64,000 bases of DNA from a virus, in the IMG/VR virus record IMGVR_UViG_3300028175_000001; one strand, 5' to 3'. The position numbers and the translations under genes were made by a program. The notes beneath the pieces were generated by a model that was not told where the DNA came from, searched no databases, and saw only the letters and a program-made list of their open reading frames with translations. Below, piece by piece: positions 17,966 to 25,122 of the stretch; the first letter of the stretch is position 1; the number at the start of each line of letters is the position of its first letter.

Positions 17966-18876
17966 TTTAGTATACCATCTTCTCCAGGCATTACTACAGG
18001 TAGACTTGGATCAAGCGCATATTCATTTGGGAGATTTACAGTATCGTCACAATATGGAAGTTTTCCTTCAGTTGATAATATATTCCCGTATTCATCAGCT
18101 TTTTCATTTTTTTCTCCAGTAATTTCTTCTATAGGATCGTCAATGGGTCTATTGTTTTGGCCGGCAAGTCGAACATCAACTATGCCCTGACCAGGAGTGT
18201 CTGCACCCTGTACTGCTTGAGGATGTTTTGCGGGAGGATATGGCCCTCCCGCATGTAAATCCAAAGAACCAACTCCATCTTGACCATGCGCATTTCCTTG
18301 AGGTTTAAATATTTGCCCTCCAACACCTTCATTAACAAAAGCATCAACATCAATAATCGCATCATCAAGAGTTTTTTTACTAAGGTCATCACGAGCAGTG
18401 TCTAGATATTCCATATAGTCTTTAGTGTTGCCTATAGCCTTAATGAGATGTTCTTTACATTGATTATCACAATATTTATGAAAGTCAGAAGCAAACTGGC
18501 AATTACAAATCATTCCTTTTACATATTCTGCCTGTTCACCTGCTTCTGTTGTATAAGTAGGAGAGTCGTGTTCAACCATTCCTTCCAATTCTCTCAGAGT
18601 GTATTCAACAAGCTCATCAACCTTTTTGTCTTGATTTTCATCTACTTGAATATTTTGATGAGCAGTTGGCAATCCACCGGCCGGCTGACCTGTATCGGCC
18701 GTTAAAGTTTGACTATTCATATCCGTCAACATCTGTTGCTTTTGCAACGCACTTAATCCCAAATCTAATGACTTTAGTAATGTCATACCTATTGGCTGTG
18801 TTATTTCATCATCCAATAGTGGTGATAATGCGGCAATAGCGGCATTTGTGCATTCAATAACTTTATTTTCACTCAT
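17962..18876 (-). CDS. Hypothetical acidic protein with a central Cys cluster
   Basis: CNCQF...YCDNQC; coupled to the upstream radical SAM gene. Confidence 0.6.
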   Translation of the reverse strand: MSENKVIECTNAAIAALSPLLDDEITQPIGMTLLKSLDLGLSALQKQQMLTDMNSQTLTADTGQPAGGLPTAHQNIQVDENQDKKVDELVEYTLRELEGMVEHDSPTYTTEAGEQAEYVKGMICNCQFASDFHKYCDNQCKEHLIKAIGNTKDYMEYLDTARDDLSKKTLDDAIIDVDAFVNEGVGGQIFKPQGNAHGQDGVGSLDLHAGGPYPPAKHPQAVQGADTPGQGIVDVRLAGQNNRPIDDPIEEITGEKNEKADEYGNILSTEGKLPYCDDTVNLPNEYALDPSLPVVMPGEDGILK

Positions 18877-20221
18877 GATTTATCTCTCTGGGGAAATTTC
18901 TTTTTTGGGTTTCAAGCATTTCTTCTGCTATGTGATCTAAACCAGAACCCTGGCCAGAGGTATCTATTATTCCCAATCTATCAATAGCAGTTGTCGGATG
19001 ACCGGTTCTAGGCAATATTCTATTTTTTTCTTCTTTATCTCCTGCATCAGGAAGATGTTTCATTCCTTTTCCTACTCTCACTAATCCATTTTGTATTGAT
19101 GCCAATCCTTGTTCTGTATAATAAAATCTATGATCTTTACGTTCTCCACAAGAATTACACATATCACAAAACATGTGGCATACAGGAGAAAATAATTTAT
19201 TTTTTATCCATTGTTTCCGTAAATAATCTATCTGTTCTTTTAATAACCAATTAATTTTTGCTTTATCTTCGGGACTATCTTTACCCGCTAAACTTTCATC
19301 TATAGATGTAACAACTCTATCCGGTCCATATGTCTTGACTATACGCAAAATATCCTTAGCAAAACATTGTACATTTGATCTGTGAATAGTATACCTGGCC
19401 CTCCATTTAATTTGGTCTTGGGGTGGCATATTGGAATTATAATCTGAAATATTTTTAAATGCTTTTAATACATCTGGAGTAGAATCTTTACCAGAATAAT
19501 ATACCCTATCTAAATTTCCTGCACCATCAAAACTAATATCAAAAGAAACCCGTTGTTTAATTCCTGGATTAGATTCCAAAAAAGTAATAACACTATTAAA
19601 AAATTTTGGCTTACTTAAAAGTATACCATTAGTTGTTATATTGAAATGTAAATTGTGCTTCTGAGAATATGCATAATTCATAAGATATTCACAATTTTTC
19701 CATTCTAACATCGGTTCACCACCAAAAATACAAAATAAAGTTTGTTCATCTGGTCTATCGGTTTTATTAATATCATCTACAAGTTTTTTCAACAATGGTG
19801 GTTCGGGTAAATGTTTTGGTCGATTTTCTAAATGTTCATAGCAATAAGAACAATTTAAATTACATTGACTTGTCATATAAAATAAATGTATACCTCCACC
19901 GTGTGCAACTCTTGTATTTTCGTTTTCACCATGAGTAAAATGTCTATCCATAATTTCATTAACATTGGCTTCTGCTAAATCAAGTCTTCCTTCTTTTAGT
20001 GCTTTAACACGGTCATAATGTTCATCTTTTGATACGCTTTCTACATGTTGTTTTACTACTTGATTCAATTCACGATCAGTTAGAGTTAATAATTTTTTAA
20101 CATCATGTTTTTCATATTTACATACACCTTCTCCTGTTTTCAATCCTCGTTCATAATCAATAACACCATCAAGAGATCCCATGGTGGGTAAAACTTTTTT
20201 AGAGCGTGTTAGTGTTTTCAC
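18869..20221 (-). CDS. Radical SAM enzyme (third of three), with a short C-terminal Cys cluster
   Basis: CNLNCSYC, FGGEPML, TTNG and ISFDG; C-terminal CHMFCDMCNSC. Confidence 0.9.
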   Translation of the reverse strand: MKTLTRSKKVLPTMGSLDGVIDYERGLKTGEGVCKYEKHDVKKLLTLTDRELNQVVKQHVESVSKDEHYDRVKALKEGRLDLAEANVNEIMDRHFTHGENENTRVAHGGGIHLFYMTSQCNLNCSYCYEHLENRPKHLPEPPLLKKLVDDINKTDRPDEQTLFCIFGGEPMLEWKNCEYLMNYAYSQKHNLHFNITTNGILLSKPKFFNSVITFLESNPGIKQRVSFDISFDGAGNLDRVYYSGKDSTPDVLKAFKNISDYNSNMPPQDQIKWRARYTIHRSNVQCFAKDILRIVKTYGPDRVVTSIDESLAGKDSPEDKAKINWLLKEQIDYLRKQWIKNKLFSPVCHMFCDMCNSCGERKDHRFYYTEQGLASIQNGLVRVGKGMKHLPDAGDKEEKNRILPRTGHPTTAIDRLGIIDTSGQGSGLDHIAEEMLETQKRNFPREINHE

Positions 20222-20646
20222 TATTTTCCCCTTACAACTGGTCTTTCGTCCAGTTTTCTGCGGATTTGTTCTTCTGGATTTTGTTTTAGAATATATGCTA
20301 TGTTTTTCATAAGTCTAGGAAAATCAATGTTATAATTAAATAAATGTGACTTTATTCTTGTACCATCTGATTCAGGATTCCAAGAATCATAAAGTAAATT
20401 TTTATCTCTCGCTTGTTTTTTTGATGGGGTGTCTTCTAGCTGTACTTGATTAATAAGAGTTTGAATATCTCCGTCTTTTGCGGCCCTTGCCGATTTTTCA
20501 TATCGCTCTACTGATTTTTTATTTTTATTATTTATTACAGCCTCTTGTCCTGAAATCGCAGGATGCCATCCTTCTTCACGATCTAGATCATTTAGTTCTT
20601 CTGGAGTTCCGTGTATTTTATTTTTTTCCATGTAACAATTTTCCAA
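20221..20646 (-). CDS. Hypothetical protein
   Basis: ORF filling the gap between coupled genes; start uncertain. Confidence 0.5.
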   Translation of the reverse strand: MENCYMEKNKIHGTPEELNDLDREEGWHPAISGQEAVINNKNKKSVERYEKSARAAKDGDIQTLINQVQLEDTPSKKQARDKNLLYDSWNPESDGTRIKSHLFNYNIDFPRLMKNIAYILKQNPEEQIRRKLDERPVVRGK

Positions 20647-21439
20647 GATATTTTATCTGTTCAAATACTCTTTCTTGTTCAATAGCCATATATTTGTAAG
20701 CAAATTCAAATTGAGTATCAGAATTGCCCCCATCAAACGTTAGCATTAATCCATTTTTTTCAAACCACGCTTTTGTTGACCAATCTTCATGGTTAAATAA
20801 TTTAAAATAGTTCCACATAATTTTAATATTTTTTTCTATGGAAGACGAAAAAATATTTAAATTTTTCATTGAATCTACAGTAAAAACTATATACGCACAA
20901 CATTGCCAGTCTGTATCATATGCGGGATCGTTTTGATCGTAATGGCCCTCACACGATTCTATAACATCAACACCATCAAATATATTAATTCCACTAACCA
21001 ACGGTTCTATTCCACATTCAACAATATCTTTTTGATGATCTTTAATTTCTATGTGGCCTATCTGTAAAGCACCAAGTCTATTAAGATTTTCATAAACTTC
21101 TGTTGGTAACCCAGACATATGATCATACACTAATCCAAATTTAGATAAAAAGTTATTCAATATTAATCTAAAAGATTTTGATGATTTCTCTGTATTTTTA
21201 ATAATGATAAAATCACCTATCATATTACCACAATTTTCAATACCTGTCGTTTTTTCAATTACATGATTTAATACCGTTAAATCAATAAGATGATCAATAT
21301 CTTTTATGATAAACAAATTAGACCTAAATTGATATACTGTTACATCCTTACGATCTATTAAATATCCAGGCAAATATTTTGTGGGACCGCCAGTGTCCGC
21401 AGTTCTGGTGTCTACTACTGGTTCATCAAATATTCCCAT
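20618..21439 (-). CDS. Hypothetical protein with SCEGH motif (paralog of 9980..10780)
   Basis: VECGIEPLVSGINIFDGVDVIESCEGH...AYIVF. Confidence 0.65.
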   Translation of the reverse strand: MGIFDEPVVDTRTADTGGPTKYLPGYLIDRKDVTVYQFRSNLFIIKDIDHLIDLTVLNHVIEKTTGIENCGNMIGDFIIIKNTEKSSKSFRLILNNFLSKFGLVYDHMSGLPTEVYENLNRLGALQIGHIEIKDHQKDIVECGIEPLVSGINIFDGVDVIESCEGHYDQNDPAYDTDWQCCAYIVFTVDSMKNLNIFSSSIEKNIKIMWNYFKLFNHEDWSTKAWFEKNGLMLTFDGGNSDTQFEFAYKYMAIEQERVFEQIKYLGKLLHGKK

Positions 21440-21452
21440 AAAACCTTTCTTC

Positions 21453-22781
21453 TCAAGTACCTCTTTGAAGTTTCTTTATGTTATGATTATCTTTAGATTG
21501 TAAAAAAGCCAAGGTCGAATTATAATCCTTATAATCAAAAGATTTAATTTTTTCTTCAGTTTTAATTTTAAAATTTGTTAACCTTTTATATTTTTCATTC
21601 TTTTGCCACGCCTCATCTATCATCTCAAACATATCTACTTCTTCTTTATCTGCATTTGGCTCATAAAATCCTGTCCTACCCCCCCAAAGCGTCTTAATAT
21701 ATGTTTGAAAAGTTGGCATATCTTTACATATTTCTACCATTCTTATCGCTTCATCATAATATATATGAAACAATTCGCACACAGAATCGATTGGTTGATT
21801 ACCATTTCTTAATTGCGAATATGTACAACCTGCATTACACACTTTATATAATCTACATCCTTTACATTTATCAAATGCTAAAGGATTAAATACAGATTGA
21901 AAATAATCAAAATTATATTCATCGCCTTTCATTGGTAATAATTTCTTTGAGCCAAATCTTGCACATGGATAAAATGTTCCATCTACTGCCATAATAGAAC
22001 CATGATGACCAGCAAAACACCCGAATGCTCGTTTTTGTTTAGTTAATCCTAATAACATGTCTTGTAGGGGAAGATTAAACATTCCATTAGATATTAATTT
22101 TCCTTCATCATAATATTGTATGGTTCTATCTGCCAGTCTTCGACATTCCACTCTAAATTTATGAATATCGTCTAGGGACCAAATATCATCTCTTACAATA
22201 GAAAAATCAGGAGCAGGAATACCGAAATCTACTAAAAATTCAAAATTTTCTGTCATTGAATCAACATTGCCTGGAAATATCATAATTTTACATGTTTTAT
22301 TATGTTTTGTAACTTTCTTTATAAGATGTTGTCTATCACTGTACATCTCTAAAACATTATTGTATCCTTTATTCTCTCCAAAATTTTTAATAATAGGTCT
22401 TGATTCGTTTGCTGATATACCATCAAAACTCCAACTAACTCCAATCTGATTATCTAATATCCAATCAGCAGTTTCTTCGTTAATTAACGATAGATTAGAT
22501 ATCATAGTAAGACCAACCAATCTATCCTCATATTCAGGAACTTTAACTTTTTTACAAACATGATCCATCAATGGCACATTTAATAGTGGTTCGCCCCCAA
22601 AAAAAGATAAATGAAATTGTTGACCATGGGCTTTTGATCTTTGAATTAATTGTAAAAATTCTGGCCAAGCCTTATCAAAAATTTCAGGAGTCATAAATTT
22701 ATCAACATTAGCAACATAGCAATACGGGCACCCCAAATTGCATTTTTCTGTTACAGATATTTCTAATTGATAACTAGGCAT
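21453..22781 (-). CDS. Radical SAM/SPASM peptide maturase-like enzyme
   Basis: CNLGCPYC, FFGGEPLL and SFDG; SPASM CFAG...DGTFYPC...CKGCRLYKVCNAGC...C. Start placed at MPSYQ (track start 22838). Confidence 0.92.
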   Translation of the reverse strand: MPSYQLEISVTEKCNLGCPYCYVANVDKFMTPEIFDKAWPEFLQLIQRSKAHGQQFHLSFFGGEPLLNVPLMDHVCKKVKVPEYEDRLVGLTMISNLSLINEETADWILDNQIGVSWSFDGISANESRPIIKNFGENKGYNNVLEMYSDRQHLIKKVTKHNKTCKIMIFPGNVDSMTENFEFLVDFGIPAPDFSIVRDDIWSLDDIHKFRVECRRLADRTIQYYDEGKLISNGMFNLPLQDMLLGLTKQKRAFGCFAGHHGSIMAVDGTFYPCARFGSKKLLPMKGDEYNFDYFQSVFNPLAFDKCKGCRLYKVCNAGCTYSQLRNGNQPIDSVCELFHIYYDEAIRMVEICKDMPTFQTYIKTLWGGRTGFYEPNADKEEVDMFEMIDEAWQKNEKYKRLTNFKIKTEEKIKSFDYKDYNSTLAFLQSKDNHNIKKLQRGT

Positions 22782-24324
22782 ATTTGCTCTCTGTAGTTTC
22801 TGATCTCTTTGGTAAGCTTGATATATTAAAAACTGCACCTATATTCTTGGCCGTTTCTGAAGTGGGCTCTTTGGATAAACCAGATATAACAGGAGTTTGC
22901 TGTTCAATAGAATTGACTTCTAAATTATGACCCTGCGAATAATTTCCTGGTCTATTCATCATAATTATTGAATCCGGATTCTTTTTAATCCACAGGGTTC
23001 TCCATGCTTTAGATACAGGCTCCAGTGTTTTCCATACTTGACACAATTGATGATTTGCTGGATGATTTTGCCATTTTTTACCAGCATCCTGTTCTTCACC
23101 AAATTTTGCATCTGCGGCATCAAATGAACCCGCAGGACACTTTAAACAAAAATCCGCTGTACATGTATTACACGCTAATGTTCCATCTGTTCTAAATTCA
23201 TCCAAATAAGAACGATATAATGATGTTGTTTCATCCACAAATTTTTGCATTTGCATACCAGATTCCATTAAATCGCCTCTTACATGATCCTCTCTTTGTC
23301 TATACATACACCCATGACAAGGATATGTTTTACCGTCTAAATCAATTGAAAGATAATTAATACCAGCCGCACAATTTTGTTTTTCTTTTCTGAACCATCT
23401 AAAGTGATTTTCTAAATTAATATCATGATCTATACTATATTTCACAATTTTCATTAAATTCACTCTTAGATCCTTTAAGTGACCCATATATTCTTCTTCC
23501 TTAACTGCACCATCAATTCTATCTGGATCTGTACTGTGAGTGTCAGGAGTGGGTCCATATGATTCTCCATTATCATAATGCCATTTCCAAACATCAAAAA
23601 GATATTTAAAATTGCGAGATGATATGACTGCTTTAATACCTATAGAAAAACCATCAGATTTTAACTCTTTATAAGTTGCATAAACAGTTTTAGATAATTT
23701 TTCACTTTCTCCTGCTTTAGTTCTACGTTCCATCGTATTAACAGGTTCACCATCAAAAGATACTTGAATATGTAAACGTGATTGTTGCGGCATATCTAAT
23801 CTATTTCCCAACAGACCTTTTAATTCTATTAACTGTTTTTTATACTTTTTAAGATAAGTTCCATTAGTATAGAACATAAAACATACTTTTTGAGTATCAG
23901 CCAATCTTTTCATTATATCTTTGCAAAAAAGAAAATTAGCAAAAGGTTCTCCGCCCCACCAATTTATATTAATATCTCTATACCTATCCATATCCAATGA
24001 CCTAACTGTTTTTTCTATATCTTCAGGAGTCATCTCTGTTTTTTCTTGATATTGTGATGACAATCCGCACGATTCTCCTTCAGAACAATATGTACAAGCA
24101 AGATTACATTCACTCGTTACATTAACATCTAAATTAAAACTTTGCATTGGATTAAAATTATTTGACATTGCACCACCACCCTGTCCCTGGGGCATTGTTG
24201 ATCCCCCCATCTGTTTTAACATTTTTTCTTGTTCTTCCATCGTTTTTCGCATTTGCATCATTTGCTGTTGCATTTGTTCGGGTGACATTTGTTCTTTTAT
24301 AGGATCAAATCGGATATTATTCAT
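22774..24324 (-). CDS. Radical SAM/SPASM peptide maturase-like enzyme with a Gln/Met-rich N-terminal extension
   Basis: CNLACTYC, WGGEPF, YTNG and SFDG; SPASM CAAG...DGKTYPCHGC...CNTC...CLKCP...C. Confidence 0.92.
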   Translation of the reverse strand: MNNIRFDPIKEQMSPEQMQQQMMQMRKTMEEQEKMLKQMGGSTMPQGQGGGAMSNNFNPMQSFNLDVNVTSECNLACTYCSEGESCGLSSQYQEKTEMTPEDIEKTVRSLDMDRYRDININWWGGEPFANFLFCKDIMKRLADTQKVCFMFYTNGTYLKKYKKQLIELKGLLGNRLDMPQQSRLHIQVSFDGEPVNTMERRTKAGESEKLSKTVYATYKELKSDGFSIGIKAVISSRNFKYLFDVWKWHYDNGESYGPTPDTHSTDPDRIDGAVKEEEYMGHLKDLRVNLMKIVKYSIDHDINLENHFRWFRKEKQNCAAGINYLSIDLDGKTYPCHGCMYRQREDHVRGDLMESGMQMQKFVDETTSLYRSYLDEFRTDGTLACNTCTADFCLKCPAGSFDAADAKFGEEQDAGKKWQNHPANHQLCQVWKTLEPVSKAWRTLWIKKNPDSIIMMNRPGNYSQGHNLEVNSIEQQTPVISGLSKEPTSETAKNIGAVFNISSLPKRSETTESKYA

Positions 24325-24327
24325 TTT

Positions 24328-24939
24328 TTATTTCGAGTTATTACAGTTACATGGACAGTGATTACAATCACATGGACAAAAATTACAGTTACATGGACAA
24401 AAATTACAGTTACAAGGACAGAAATTACAATTACAGGGACAAAAATTACAATTACAGGGACAAAAATTACAATTACAGGGACAAAAATTACAGTTACATG
24501 GACAGTGATTACAATTACATGGACAAAAATTACAATCACATGGACAAAAATTACAATCACATGGACAAAAATTACAATTACATGGACAAAAATCACAATC
24601 ACATACGCACACAACTTTCCATTCATCGAGTTTTGTTACCAGATCGTCTATATGTGCGGCGGCTATTAAATCTCCGACACTTACAGCACCATAAGATAAT
24701 GTTGGTGCGGGACTTGGTGGAGTTTGGGTATATAACTTACTTACTATTTCTCCACGCAATTCATTCCAAATTTGTGCGGCGACAGGATCTGCCATGCTGG
24801 TCCAAGATGAAATCGCTATACTTCTTCTTGTAAACTCATCATTTAATGAAGTTCTGCAAGTAGTTATCTCTGACTGCTGAATTAGTGTACCAGCTTGTGC
24901 AGGTAAACCAGTTAAATTGGTAGGACATGGCGAACCCAT
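24328..24939 (-). CDS. Cys-rich repeat protein, putative radical SAM substrate (RiPP-like precursor)
   Basis: ~110-aa non-repetitive N-terminus followed by 12 C[ND]C[ND][FH]CP heptads plus CNCN; GGAG SD; directly upstream of the rSAM/SPASM genes. Confidence 0.8.
   Translation of the reverse strand: MGSPCPTNLTGLPAQAGTLIQQSEITTCRTSLNDEFTRRSIAISSWTSMADPVAAQIWNELRGEIVSKLYTQTPPSPAPTLSYGAVSVGDLIAAAHIDDLVTKLDEWKVVCVCDCDFCPCNCNFCPCDCNFCPCDCNFCPCNCNHCPCNCNFCPCNCNFCPCNCNFCPCNCNFCPCNCNFCPCNCNFCPCDCNHCPCNCNNSK
24340..24603 (-). repeat. 21-bp coding tandem repeat (12.5 units)
   Basis: Unit approximately TGTAATTGTAATTTTTGTCCA; variation is mostly synonymous or N/D and F/H. Confidence 0.95.
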
Positions 24940-25122
24940 TATATTTTACTCCAAAATTTATTCCGTATTAATTTATCATCATTTCCCAAATAAAGAAAAT
25001 TTGTGATTCTTGAACCAAGTTTCTTTAATAACATTTCTTCATCTATCTCACTATCAAAATCAAGATTACCCCAAAAAGGTGCATCAGTTATATTTGCATA
25101 TTCCAATATCGTATACTTTCAT
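24939..25122 (-). pseudogene. Small unlisted ORF (TTG start at 25106, or frameshifted ATG at 25122), similar to part of 6899..7486
   Basis: 25118..24939 reads KYTILEYANITDAPFWGNLDFDSEIDEEMLLKKLGSRITNFLYLGNDDKLIRNKFWSKI*; its TAA overlaps the precursor ATG (TAATG). Confidence 0.55.

Noticed and set aside
24340..24603. 21-bp repeats as a CRISPR array
   Set aside because: Head-to-tail units with no unique spacers; the period is a multiple of 3 with synonymous variation in the Cys frame; no cas genes seen
24289..24833. Alternative-frame ORFs (VIVIFVH, MDKNYNY and ITITWTK repeats)
   Set aside because: Shadows of the Cys repeat. The Cys frame has an SD, a unique N-terminal domain and conserved residues under third-position variation.
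24328..24939. Simple metallothionein
   Set aside because: Not excluded, but the strict heptad with a conserved aromatic, the long N-terminal domain and adjacency to SPASM enzymes favour an enzyme substrate
6534..25118. Host chromosomal DNA or a mobile element flanking a prophage
   Set aside because: Same strand, tight coupling and similar AT richness as the phage genes; flanked on both sides by consecutive T4 head genes; no integrase, transposase or att-like repeat seen. Chimerism still needs a read-level check.
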